64,000 bases of DNA from Desulfosudis oleivorans (GCA_020723325.1 DYJD01000024.1:12906-76905); one strand, 5' to 3'; counted from the stretch's first letter, positions 27,685 through 37,706 are shown. Made by a program: numbers and translations. Notes: generated from the letters alone by a model not told the origin.

Positions 27685-27858
27685 TTCCGCAAAAGAAAAA
27701 AAATTGGGACAGGCAAACTATGCATTGATATTGCATTCAACTTGTTTTATAAGGAGATCATGAATGATTCGGATGGGGTGCAATGAATCATCACAACCGA
27801 AAATATGGATCATAATCCTGTTTTAATTAAATAGGTTGAGTGAATAGGAGGCAGGGAT

Positions 27859-28800
27859 ATGCCACGAAGTGCACGCATCGTGATTCCGGACGAACCAGCG
27901 GTGTATCATATCATGTCCAGAACAGCCTTGGACGGATTTCCATTGGGGGATGTGGAAAAAGATTTTCTGGTGGATCTGATTCGCCGGCTCAGCCGGGTTT
28001 ATTTTGTGGAGATTTTCGGGTTCTGCATCATGTCAAATCATTTTCATCTATTACTGAGAATGCTGCCGGAAAAAGCAATCTCGGATGATGATGTCAAAAA
28101 ACATTTTGAACGGCTATACGGCAAGGACAAGATCTTTTTAGAAGGCCAGATCCCCTTTTTGAAACATAAATGGACCAGCCTTTCCGAATTCGGCAAAGAG
28201 CTGAAACAGACTTTTTCGCGTTATTACAACAAACGCAATGGTCGCCGGGGCTTTTTCTGGGGTGATCGCTTTAAAAGCCTGATTGTGGAGAAAGGCGAGA
28301 CCCTGGTCAACTGCCTGGCTTATATCGACCTCAATCCGGTGCGGGCCGGTCTGGTGGCGAAACCCGAGGATTACCGCTGGAATTCCATCGGCTATCATGC
28401 CCAGCAGAAAAATAAGGGGGATTTTCTATCCCTGGATTTCGGCCTGAAAGAATTCGGCGTAATGGATGCTAAGGAACGTTTGCGCCTTTATCGAAAATTC
28501 TTGTATGAAGCCGGAGCCATTAAGAAGGGTGAAGGGAGAAAGGTGAAGGGAGAAAAAGAAAAAGGTATAGCGCAAAAAGCCGTGGAAAAGGAGCGAAAAA
28601 AAGGCTACCGGCTCACCCGCACGGACCGGTTTCTTAATCGCACACGCTACTTCACCGATTCCGGCATCATCGGCTCCAAGGACTTTGTCCGACAGCAATA
28701 CCTACGCGTAAAGGATTTATTCCAATCCGGCAAGGAGAAGAAACCCAAACCCATCTCCGGTTTGAAAGGGCTTTACTCCTTGAAGCGGCTTACGGAATGA
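27859..28800 (+). CDS. IS200/IS605-superfamily Y1 (HUH) transposase-like protein, RAYT-like
   Basis: HUH motif in IMSNHFHLLL. AYIDLNPVRAGLV with the conserved Tyr. ATG follows AGGAGG. Confidence 0.8.
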   Translation: MPRSARIVIPDEPAVYHIMSRTALDGFPLGDVEKDFLVDLIRRLSRVYFVEIFGFCIMSNHFHLLLRMLPEKAISDDDVKKHFERLYGKDKIFLEGQIPFLKHKWTSLSEFGKELKQTFSRYYNKRNGRRGFFWGDRFKSLIVEKGETLVNCLAYIDLNPVRAGLVAKPEDYRWNSIGYHAQQKNKGDFLSLDFGLKEFGVMDAKERLRLYRKFLYEAGAIKKGEGRKVKGEKEKGIAQKAVEKERKKGYRLTRTDRFLNRTRYFTDSGIIGSKDFVRQQYLRVKDLFQSGKEKKPKPISGLKGLYSLKRLTE

Positions 28801-28929
28801 AGCGGACGGCAAAAAGCCGCAGCGCCTGTTGCCGAGAGTCAGCAGTTTGGTTTCTCAGTTCTCCGATAGTATTGACATTGGTATGTCTGTTGTGCATAAT
28901 ATGGGTATAAATGCTGCACGAGGTGATTC

Positions 28930-29187
28930 ATGCCTGGAGTTAAAACAGCCATATCCTTGGATGAAGAATTATTTGACAGGGTAAACAAGTTGGCAGGCCA
29001 GCTTCATATTTCGCGGAGTCGCTTGTTTACCATAGCAGTGCAGGATTATTTGAAAAAACTGGAAAATCAGTCGCTGCTTGCTCTGCTCAATGACGCTTAT
29101 TCTGATTCCCCAAATGATGAGGAAATGAAAATTTCTAAATCCATGAGGTCCAAGCGGAGAAATATCATTGGGAAAGACTCATGGTAA
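28930..29187 (+). CDS. Ribbon-helix-helix antitoxin (MazE/CopG-like)
   Basis: AISLDEELFDRVNKLAGQLHISRSRLFTIAVQDYL. 7-nt overlap with the downstream toxin. Confidence 0.8.
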   Translation: MPGVKTAISLDEELFDRVNKLAGQLHISRSRLFTIAVQDYLKKLENQSLLALLNDAYSDSPNDEEMKISKSMRSKRRNIIGKDSW

Positions 29188-29534
29188 TAGCGCAAGGTGA
29201 AATTCACTGGATTGATCTTGGAGAACCTTCAGGCTCTGAGCCGGGTTATCGTCATCCCCATGTGGTTATCCAGAATAATCTGTTCAATGCCAGCAAAATA
29301 AACACGGTTGTGGTTTGCGCTATTACTTCTAACATTAAGAGAGCTAGTGCACCTGGTAATGTTTTGCTTGCAAAAGGCGAGGCCGGGCTTCCAAAAGAGA
29401 GTGTTGTTAATATTTCTCAGATTTATACGGTTAAAAAGTCCGATTTGGTTGAAAAAATTGGAAAGCTTTCTGAAAAAAAGTTCAATGAAATCTTGGAAGG
29501 CTTAAAGCTGTTAACTGAGCCAAGAGACGCATAA
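29181..29534 (+). CDS. mazF: MazF/PemK family endoribonuclease toxin
   Basis: GEIHWIDLGEPSGSEPGYRHPHVVI...VVVCAITSN. Confidence 0.88.
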   Translation: MVIAQGEIHWIDLGEPSGSEPGYRHPHVVIQNNLFNASKINTVVVCAITSNIKRASAPGNVLLAKGEAGLPKESVVNISQIYTVKKSDLVEKIGKLSEKKFNEILEGLKLLTEPRDA

Positions 29535-29741
29535 TCTAAAAATTGGTGCTGCTAACATCTATATGAAGTTCTGATGTCAAGAAAAAAAATCTCCCAAAGA
29601 ACGGAAGACCAAGCCATCTCAGAATAAAAGTTCCGTCGATAAAGGCTTCACGGATATCTATTCCCCATCTTCCTACAGGGCTTTTGCAAGCCCTTGGGCA
29701 ATGAGTCGAAAGGTTCCCTTAATTGTTCAAAAGTCTTTTCT

Positions 29742-30814
29742 ATGTTTGAAAGGATCTCACCCATGGCCATGTGGTCTTATTCTCTGATTTATTTAGTACC
29801 TATCAGCGTTTTATGCGGTTACAGCTTGGGAGGTTGGTTCACTTTTTTAACTCCTGCAGTAGTATTCGGACTTGTGCCACTGCTGGATATTATCATCGGC
29901 AAGGATTATCACAATCCGGATGAAGCAGACATCCAGAACCTCGAAAACCGAAGGGGTTATCGGATTTTGACCTGGATTTGCGCCCCTTTGCAAGTCTTGA
30001 TGATTCTTTGGAGTTGCCGGACGGTTGCCGCAGGAAATCCGTCCTTGCTGGAATTAAGCGGTTTAACCATTTCTATTGGAATCTCTTCGGGCATCATGGG
30101 CATCAACGTGGCCCATGAACTGGCCCATCGGATCAACGGACGGTTTGAGCCATTTCTTTCCAAAGTGATGCTGGCCACAGTTATTTACATGCATTGGGGG
30201 CTCGAGCATGTGGTTGGGCATCATCGCTATGTCGCCACACCGGAGGACCCGGCCACTGCCAGGCTGGGCGAATCCTTTTATGCTTTTTGGCCGCGCACGG
30301 TGTTTGGAAGTTTTTATAGTGCATGGGCCTTTGAAATCGATCGCCTCAAGCGGATTGGCTTGCCCGTTTTCCATTGGAAAAATCGCGTGATTATGGGCAG
30401 TTGTTTTCAATTGATCTTGCTTGTTTGGATTACCGGTGTTTTGGGAATTACCGCCCTAATATTTTTTATTCTGCAGGCTTTTCTGGCCGTGACTTTGTTG
30501 GAAATCGTCAACTACATCGAACATTATGGTCTAATGCGGAAACCGCTCGACAAAAATCACTATGAAGCAGTGAAACCCTGGCATTCTTGGAATTCCAGCA
30601 ACTGGCTGACCAATCGGTTTCTGTTCAATTTGCCGCGCCATTCGGATCATCACTATAAGCCTGGAAGACAATACCAGTCGCTGCCTCATTTTGAGAGAGC
30701 CCGCAATTGCCCACAGGCTATGCCGGAATGGTATTGCTGGCAGCCGTACCCCCCATATGGCGACGGGTGATGGATCAACGGATTCAAGCCTACATGATGC
30801 GAATTGACAGGTAG
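29742..30814 (+). pseudogene. alkB: AlkB-type integral-membrane alkane 1-monooxygenase / fatty-acid-desaturase-family gene with a C-terminal -1 frameshift
   Basis: HELAHR, EHVVGHHRY, NYIEHYGL and LPRHSDHHY are present. After ...HFERA (about 30699) the canonical tail PQLPTGYAGMVLLAAVPPIWRRVMDQRI... continues in another frame (30701-30814). Confidence 0.75.
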
Positions 30815-31102
30815 CAGATGCCTGTGTGAAGAAACGGGGACAGGCGAACAGCGCACATTACCGACCAGTGCCTTGTGCCGAGCCAGCCGCGCGCGGCACA
30901 GCGGAGCTGGTTTTATAAAATCAGATGGCCGCTTACCGCAAGTGAGGCCCTGCCCGGCGTGATGGCTGCTTTCGATTACATTAATGCGAATTACCCGGAC
31001 GTTGCTACCTTTAAACGGAACAAATTGACGCAACGATGGGTAATACCCCTCGGATTATGTAAGAGAACGCAGGCGGCATGACGGGCGGGCCTTTTAAATT
31101 GA

Positions 31103-31496
31103 CAAGCAGCCACCTCAAGCGCTGTTGCGGTTAAGATAAAGACGGAACTCATTAATAAAAATGGGAAAATCACCTATCACAACCGTTGGGTGAAAGACTT
31201 GGCCGTTTCCAGGGAGAATGTACAGGAGTCGGTGAAAGGCGGCCGCGCCCGCTGGAAGATCGAAAACGAGACTTTCAATACCCTGAAGAACCAGGGTTAT
31301 CATGTCGAGCATAACTACGGACATGGAGAGCGGTATCTTTCGATGAATTTTTTTCCGTAACCTGCTTGCGTTCATGGTCCATGAAACATTCCATGCCGCC
31401 TTAAATTCCTGTCTTCATCGACACGATAGCTCAATCGTAAAGGGACACGCTCGCCGAAATAGGGTGGTCGGTGTTTCCTTGCCGCCGTTTCGTTAA
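31103..31496 (+). mobile_element. Decayed C-terminal remnant of a DDE transposase (IS4-like superfamily), frameshifted in a T7 run
   Basis: ...GGRARWKIENETFNTLKNQGYHVEHNYGHGERYLSMNFF then a stop. NLLAFMVHETFH... continues in another frame. No N-terminal part and no start codon. Confidence 0.6.
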
Positions 31497-31999
31497 TCAC
31501 CCATGGCCACAGGTGGCAGACCGAACCGGCCATTTCATTGCTCGTCCTGAAAAAGTAGCTGGTCTGACGCTACAACTGTATAATAAACGTTCGTTCCGGT
31601 CTTTCACCGAGAATTTCTGGCCCTGATGGTTTTTGACTTTTAACCGGTTTCCTGCTATATGCGTGTCGGGCTGGGACGATATCTCCACATAGGGGGTTGC
31701 CTCACCAGCCGACAAAAAATCGAAAACGGCACGTAATGTTTTTTTTCAATACCAAGCACCAATCCCTGCAACAAAAGTTTCCTTGGGATAAAGAGTTTCC
31801 CACGGGCTGTAAACCACACCGATCGTCATTTTCCCAGCATATGGCTTTGGGCCGGCAACCTTGGTTGCAGGGTTTTCATGGGCTGCCGGCGGTGATTGGT
31901 GGGAAGAGGGCTGGCATGGCTTATGCTTTCCAACCATGGGCAGAGGATCTGAAAAGAACGCCTTTGATCTGGTTTTTATGATAAGGACATTCCAACAAT

Positions 32000-32977
32000 A
32001 TGAATTACACCAATATCGTTCAATTTGAAAAACCGAACCTGAAGGAACTCGCAAAAGTATTTACCATTGTTGACTTCCATTTTCATACCCATTATTCCGA
32101 CGGGCGAAGCTCGGTTCCACAAATCGTGGAGCGCGCCCGGGAACTGGGCATCGGTGTTGCCATTACCGATCATAACGAGATCAAGGGCGCCGTGGAAATC
32201 GATGGTTACAAAGACATCCTCAGCATTCCGGGTATTGAAGTCACTTCAAAAGAGGGCACCCACATTCTAGTATATTTCTATGATATAAAAAGCCTGAAGG
32301 CCTTTTACCGCAAAGACATTCGACCTTTCATGGGGCATACGGTCATGAGTTCGACCTCCTTGACCATTGAGGAGATTGTCTTGCGCGCTCGGGCTTACAA
32401 AACTCTGATTGTGTTTCCACATCCTTTCAGTGCCATGTATACCGGTATCTGCAATTTTTATTTTTCCAAAGAAAGACTGGCCCGTATCCTCGGCCTGGTG
32501 GATGGGGTTGAAGTCATTAATTCAGAAAATTTGAACAAATGGAATTTAAAAAGCACGGTGCTTGGTTTTAATCTGGAAAAAAGCATGACCGGCGGCAGCG
32601 ACGGGCATAAAGCCATTGAGCTGGGAAATTCGGTATGCTATGCGGATTGCCCTAAAACTAGGGCGGCCTTTCTGGATGCCGTTAAAAAAAGACACAATAA
32701 AGTCATGGGCAAAGAAATCGCCATGCTGAAAAAGGTTTCGGCCAACAGTGCCAAATTGAAAACCAACATTAACAACTACCCGGATATTATCGAAAAAAAT
32801 ATAAAATACGGGTATGCTGTGCTGCATTCAAAATCTAAAACAGCTAAAACCAAGGTATTCCGTCACCTCTCCTTTAATCTGAAAAAAGGTTTATTTCGGC
32901 TGCTCTTGAGCAGCAATTGGTTGCGATATGGTCATAATCTGGCGGTTCTTTTGTATGTGCTGCCCATGTTACGATAA
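32000..32977 (+). CDS. PHP-domain metal-dependent phosphoesterase
   Basis: VDFHFHTHYSDG, ITDHN and GGSDGH motifs. Confidence 0.8.
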   Translation: MNYTNIVQFEKPNLKELAKVFTIVDFHFHTHYSDGRSSVPQIVERARELGIGVAITDHNEIKGAVEIDGYKDILSIPGIEVTSKEGTHILVYFYDIKSLKAFYRKDIRPFMGHTVMSSTSLTIEEIVLRARAYKTLIVFPHPFSAMYTGICNFYFSKERLARILGLVDGVEVINSENLNKWNLKSTVLGFNLEKSMTGGSDGHKAIELGNSVCYADCPKTRAAFLDAVKKRHNKVMGKEIAMLKKVSANSAKLKTNINNYPDIIEKNIKYGYAVLHSKSKTAKTKVFRHLSFNLKKGLFRLLLSSNWLRYGHNLAVLLYVLPMLR

Positions 32978-33100
32978 ATCCAAGCAGCCGTGATCGCACC
33001 CATAACAATGCTTTTCGCCCTTTCTGTCCGATTTGACAGGACGGTGTCTTGATATTTGGGACAGTCGCTCGCAAAAAAACAAAACCAAAAGGAGGACCAG

Positions 33101-33847
33101 ATGAAACATGCAGCATGGATGGTTACGGCACTGGCGCTGGTTGTTCTAGCAAATTCCGGTCTGGTGTTTTGTGAGGAAAAACTGGAATTGGGAACTCTGG
33201 ATTGGGAGCCCTATATCGGCGAAAAAATGACCAATCAGGGATGGGTGGCGGAGGTCGTCCGGGAGGCCTTCAAACGCAGTGGTATCACGGTGGACATGGC
33301 TTTCAAGCCATGGGCAAGGGTGGTGGCTGAGGCCAAGAAAGGCGTTCTATCCGGATATTTTCCGGAATATTTTGCCGAAGAACTGAAACAGGATTTTGTT
33401 TTGTCCGATCCTTTTCCCGGCGGACCCTTGGGCTTTTTCAAACGCAAAGGGGAAGCCATCACCTACAAGACCCTGAAAGACCTGTCGTCCTATAAAATCG
33501 GCGTGGTGCGCGGTTATGTCAACACGGCTGAATTTGATGCGGCTGCCTATTTGCAAAAGGATGAGGCCAAGGATGATCTCACCAATCTGAAAAAGCTGTT
33601 GGCCAAACGTATTGAGCTAGTGGTGATCGATAAATACGTGGGTATGCATATTCTGAAGCAGGATCTGGCGGATCAAGCCGACCAGCTTGAATTCATGGAC
33701 CCACCCCTGGAAGTCAAGGATCTGTATGTCTGTATTTCCAAACAGATACCCAACTATCAAGCCAAGATCGATGCTTTTAATGAGGGCCTGAAAAAAATCA
33801 AGGCAGATGGTACCATAGCTGCCATCATGAAAAAACATGGTTTTTAA
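33101..33847 (+). CDS. Periplasmic solute-binding protein (family 3, amino-acid-type SBP fold)
   Basis: ATG follows AAGGAGGA. Signal peptide MKHAAWMVTALALVVLANS. ...YKIGVVRGY.... Confidence 0.7.
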   Translation: MKHAAWMVTALALVVLANSGLVFCEEKLELGTLDWEPYIGEKMTNQGWVAEVVREAFKRSGITVDMAFKPWARVVAEAKKGVLSGYFPEYFAEELKQDFVLSDPFPGGPLGFFKRKGEAITYKTLKDLSSYKIGVVRGYVNTAEFDAAAYLQKDEAKDDLTNLKKLLAKRIELVVIDKYVGMHILKQDLADQADQLEFMDPPLEVKDLYVCISKQIPNYQAKIDAFNEGLKKIKADGTIAAIMKKHGF

Positions 33848-33877
33848 TATTTTCGCGTACTCCCAATAATTCACAAC

Positions 33878-33950
33878 GGCCTTGATCATTGTTTCGGCCA
33901 TATCGCGGCTGGAAGCCGCTCCCACAAGAGGGACGGCCGAAACAATGACC
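33878..33950 (-). repeat. REP-like nested palindromic element, copy B
   Basis: ggccttgatcattgtttcggcc|atatcgcggctggaagccgctcccacaag|agggac|ggccgaaacaatgacc. Its reverse complement aligns with copy A. Confidence 0.8.
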
Positions 33951-34042
33951 AGCGTTATTATTCAAGAGTTGGACGATTAAAACTGGTTATTTATTTTTTT
34001 GTGTCCATTCGCGTTTATTTGCGGTTCCTTTCCTTAAATTTG

Positions 34043-34489
34043 TCAAGCCGAGCCCATAGGCTCCACATCCTTGAGCTCATTTTTCGTGGTCCGATCTTCC
34101 CGGCCGGCGGCGGAGGACTGGTTTTTGGCAGATTCCACCATAAAGGCAATTTTGGAGATGATCAGCCCCCGAATCAAGAAGGCAATGGCAAACTCCTGGG
34201 AACGACGCAATTGGTCAATATTCAAGGCAAGCATGCTTTTTTCGATCACCGGTAAAACCAACGCATTGATTTCTTTTGATATGGCATCAAGTTCATGATG
34301 CTGGTCCGCACCCCATACCGCCGGAACAATATAGGTGATGGGTTTCAATAGAAGGATATTGAAATATTTGCGGAAAATTTCATTGGCAAGTCCGTCGATC
34401 AGAGGACCGATGGTTTTGGCAATAGCCATCAGGTCCTCTTTTTCCGTGGTCCTTTGCTTTCTTACAAATAGCTTTAGAAGATTCTTCAT
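34043..34489 (-). CDS. Hypothetical protein downstream of the hybrid kinase
   Basis: 148-aa ORF on the same strand, 45 nt after the kinase stop. No family recognised. Confidence 0.4.
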   Translation of the reverse strand: MKNLLKLFVRKQRTTEKEDLMAIAKTIGPLIDGLANEIFRKYFNILLLKPITYIVPAVWGADQHHELDAISKEINALVLPVIEKSMLALNIDQLRRSQEFAIAFLIRGLIISKIAFMVESAKNQSSAAGREDRTTKNELKDVEPMGSA

Positions 34490-34534
34490 GTGATTCCATT
34501 CTGATAACAGATCCGATGGCTCCGGCCTATTATT

Positions 34535-37294
34535 CTAGCCTGTAAGCACGGTTCGCAGGATCTGAAAGCGTTTGTTGACTTCCATCAACAAGCGCGCGGC
34601 TTTTTTAAAATCCGCTGTTTTTCCGGCAGCCTCCATCTCCAAGGCCACTTCTTGAAGCGGAGGGGCTGAAAGGTTCATGGCCGCCCCTTTGATTCGATGA
34701 CCGATAAAACAAATCTTCGGGGCATCCATTTTATGGATTGCATCCTTGAGTTGATTGATCTGCACCGGCAGGTCCGTGAGATATCTATCAATTATTTTTC
34801 GGGCAAGCTGCTCATCGCCCATCATGCGATCCAATAAGGCCGATCGATTGAATACCACGGAATGATCGCTTCTGAGGGCCGGATCAATTCCCGGCTCAGC
34901 CGTATCCTCTTTCTCTTCCAGCCAGTGCTGGATTGTTTTAATCATTTTTTGCGGATTAATGGGTTTGGCAAGATAATCATTCATGCCGGCGGCCAAACAT
35001 TTTTCACGGTCTCCCTGCATGGCGCAGGCGGTCATGGCAATAATCGGAACAGCCTGGTTTTCTCCGCATACTTTCCGAATCCGCCGGGTGGCCTCATAGC
35101 CATCCAATACCGGCATCTGGCAGTCCATCAGGACCAATTGATAAACCTTACGTTCCAGGGCTTGCAGTGCTTCCGCACCATTGCCAGCCACTTCACTTTG
35201 ATAGCCCAATCTGCGCAAGATTTCTATCATTACCTTGCGGTTGATTTCATCATCATCCACCAAAAGAATACTGCTCTGACGCTGCCTTTGCTCCAGGATT
35301 GAATAGCGTGTGAGGATTTGGGATTCTTTGGCGTCTTTTTCGCCGGGGGCAGGATTCAACAAGGTGGCAAGGCAGTCATGGATCACGGATTGTTTAAGGG
35401 GCTTGGTAAGATATGCGGCAAATCCGATTTCCTTCAGGCGTGCGGCATCCCCTCTTCTGCCCAGCAACGTCATCATGATCATGATGGTGTCTTTGATGTC
35501 CGGATTTGATTTGATGGCAGCCCCCAGCGCCTCTCCGCTGATTCCCGGCATGGTTGCGTCCATAATGACGACGCGAAAAGGATTGCCGCGCTCAAAGGCC
35601 TCGCGCAATAAACCCATGGCACTCTCACCATTGTCGGTGATTTCACAGTTGCAATTCCACGAATTCAATATACTGCCCAGCCAATGACGGTTGGCAGCAT
35701 TGCCGTCCACTACTAAAATCGGTGTCCCGCTGATGTCAAAGCCGGTTTTTTCTTCCAGCATCTGCGGCTGTGGTTGCTTTTCAAAGGGAATGGTGAAAAA
35801 GAAATGGGCGCCTTTACCGGATGTGTTTTTCAGCCCGATCTCACCATTCATCATTTTGACGAGTTGTCTTGAAATCGAAAGCCCCAGCCCGGTACCGCCG
35901 TATTTCCGCGTGGTGGAAGAATCCCCCTGGGTGAATGCATTGAATATCAGTTCTTTGCGGTCGTCAGGAACGCCGATGCCGGTATCGATCACATCAAAGC
36001 GCAGAAAGGCGAGATATTCATCCTCCTTTTCCAGCCCGACCTTTACAGTGATTTGCCCATTTTCCGTAAATTTTACGGCATTGCTGATCAGATTGGTTAA
36101 AATTTGGCGCAACCGCCCCGGATCTCCCTTCAGGAGGGAAGGAACTTTGGGATTGATCTCGCAAATCAATTCCAGGCGCTTTTCATGGGCGCGCAAGGCC
36201 TGAAGATCAACGGTTTTTTCCACAGCATGGCGTAAATTGAAATCGAGTTTTTCCAAGGACAGTTTGCCGGCTTCGATTTTTGAAAAATCAAGAATGTCAT
36301 TAATTACGGATATCAAGGACTCGGCGCTGCGGATGATGAGTTCGGCATATTCGCGCTGTTCGCGAGTCAAATCCGAATCCAACAATAAACTGGCCATTCC
36401 CACTACGCCGTTCATGGGGGTCCTGATTTCATGGCTCATATTGGCTAGAAACTCGCTTTTGGCCCGATTGGCGGCCTCGGCTATTTTTTGGGCAGCTCTG
36501 AGTTTTTCCTCTGTTCTCTTTCGATCGGTGATATCGGTTCCGGAACAGACCACATATTCCACCTGGCCGGTGTCATTCAGTTTCGGCGTTTGGATGATTT
36601 CCAGCAAGCGCGGCTCACCGTCATGATTGATGATCCATTCGTCACTGCGGAGTTGTTTTCGGGAGGAAAACACAGTTTGATTTTTTGCAAGGATGGCTTG
36701 CAGGGATTCCCCTGGAAAAAAATCCGATAATTTTCGATGGGCTATGGCTGCTTTTTCAACACCGAAAAATGCCGCATGGGCCTTGTTCACCGCGCCATAG
36801 GTGGCCTCATCTTGGAGATACCAGATCTGGGTCTCGATATTATCCGACAGAAGCTCCAGCTCGGCCATGCGATCCTCCAGCAGACGCTGGTAGGCCTTAT
36901 GCTCGCGGATCAGACGGGCCCTTTCCAGGGCCTTCCGAATGATGTGATCCAGGATATCAAAATTTTCAATCGGCTTTATGATATAATCCCAGGCCCCTTT
37001 GCGGATAGCGGCCACGGCATCGCCGATTATGCCGGTGCCTGAAACAACGATAATCGGTGTGTCCGGTGATTGTTGGGTGATGGTTTTCAAGACTTCCAGC
37101 CCGTCGATTTCCGGCATGCGCAAATCCACCAGAACAAGATCCGGATTCTTGGCTGTAAACAATTCCAAGCCGATTCTGCCGTTTTGCGCCTCAAGCACGG
37201 TATATCCATAGTCTTCAAGCAGGTTGCTGAAGCTATCCCGGATGACTTCTTCGTCATCAATTAGTAATATCACCGGCTGGTTGCTGTCCGACAC
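34535..37294 (-). CDS. Hybrid sensor histidine kinase (REC-PAS-HisKA-HATPase-REC-REC-HPt)
   Basis: H-box [12 protein letters not shown] and G2 box [10 protein letters not shown]. Receiver motifs [14 protein letters not shown] and [14 protein letters not shown]. HPt motif GHRIKGAA. Confidence 0.9.
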   Translation of the reverse strand: MSDSNQPVILLIDDEEVIRDSFSNLLEDYGYTVLEAQNGRIGLELFTAKNPDLVLVDLRMPEIDGLEVLKTITQQSPDTPIIVVSGTGIIGDAVAAIRKGAWDYIIKPIENFDILDHIIRKALERARLIREHKAYQRLLEDRMAELELLSDNIETQIWYLQDEATYGAVNKAHAAFFGVEKAAIAHRKLSDFFPGESLQAILAKNQTVFSSRKQLRSDEWIINHDGEPRLLEIIQTPKLNDTGQVEYVVCSGTDITDRKRTEEKLRAAQKIAEAANRAKSEFLANMSHEIRTPMNGVVGMASLLLDSDLTREQREYAELIIRSAESLISVINDILDFSKIEAGKLSLEKLDFNLRHAVEKTVDLQALRAHEKRLELICEINPKVPSLLKGDPGRLRQILTNLISNAVKFTENGQITVKVGLEKEDEYLAFLRFDVIDTGIGVPDDRKELIFNAFTQGDSSTTRKYGGTGLGLSISRQLVKMMNGEIGLKNTSGKGAHFFFTIPFEKQPQPQMLEEKTGFDISGTPILVVDGNAANRHWLGSILNSWNCNCEITDNGESAMGLLREAFERGNPFRVVIMDATMPGISGEALGAAIKSNPDIKDTIMIMMTLLGRRGDAARLKEIGFAAYLTKPLKQSVIHDCLATLLNPAPGEKDAKESQILTRYSILEQRQRQSSILLVDDDEINRKVMIEILRRLGYQSEVAGNGAEALQALERKVYQLVLMDCQMPVLDGYEATRRIRKVCGENQAVPIIAMTACAMQGDREKCLAAGMNDYLAKPINPQKMIKTIQHWLEEKEDTAEPGIDPALRSDHSVVFNRSALLDRMMGDEQLARKIIDRYLTDLPVQINQLKDAIHKMDAPKICFIGHRIKGAAMNLSAPPLQEVALEMEAAGKTADFKKAARLLMEVNKRFQILRTVLTG

Positions 37295-37675
37295 CTTTCA
37301 TCCTCCTGAAACAAGGTTTGCTTGGTGGCTCCCAATCTGTTCCTGCCCATTCAGTCGGGCTCTTTCATCACCGGTTTCTGTCCTCTGTGCGGCATGTTAA
37401 GGGGAAATGTTCTCGACAAAGAATTTTGGAGTGCGCTGTCCGTTTGATTCTGCTCGTCTGCGCCTGTTTGATCCAAAAGTGTAAATCAGATGGCACCGAG
37501 CGACCGGAGGCTCTTCTTGAATGCCGATTTCTCATGAAAAAATGCTTTCAAGCTATATTCCCTTATATACGGCATTTCAGGGGTGGACATCAATGAAAAA
37601 AATGCCCGGCAGGCTGATATCCATCCGGCAAGCTTTAGTCAACCTGTGGTGTTTTTATCCGTAATCATTTGTCAT

Positions 37676-37706
37676 TTGACTTTTTTATCAGCCCCTCATA
37701 TATAAT
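37676..37706 (+). promoter_or_regulatory. Sigma-70-like promoter upstream of the cNMP-binding gene (TTGACT-N17-TATATA / TATAAT)
   Basis: ttgacttttttatcagcccctcatatataat, read directly. Confidence 0.4.

Noticed and set aside
27034-27786. 250-aa plus-strand ORF.
   Set aside because: It is antisense to the DUF4143 remnant, whose frame carries the recognisable family sequence.
30875-31081. Short ORFs in the gap between alkB and the transposase remnant (30875-31081 plus strand; 30686-31033 and 30991-31173 minus strand).
   Set aside because: They are mutually overlapping, have no RBS and no recognisable family. The region is treated as degraded DNA.
33617-33925. Three track ORFs sharing similar peptides (33617-33925, 47829-48176 and 59060-59290).
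   Set aside because: The shared peptides (GAASSRD / IAAGSR(Y/S)H) come from translating the REP-like DNA repeat. The rest of each ORF is intergenic or antisense sequence.
37318-37596. 92-aa ORF in the kinase / cNMP-gene intergenic region.
   Set aside because: It has no RBS, an unusual Cys/Arg-rich composition and no family resemblance. The region is better explained as a divergent promoter region.
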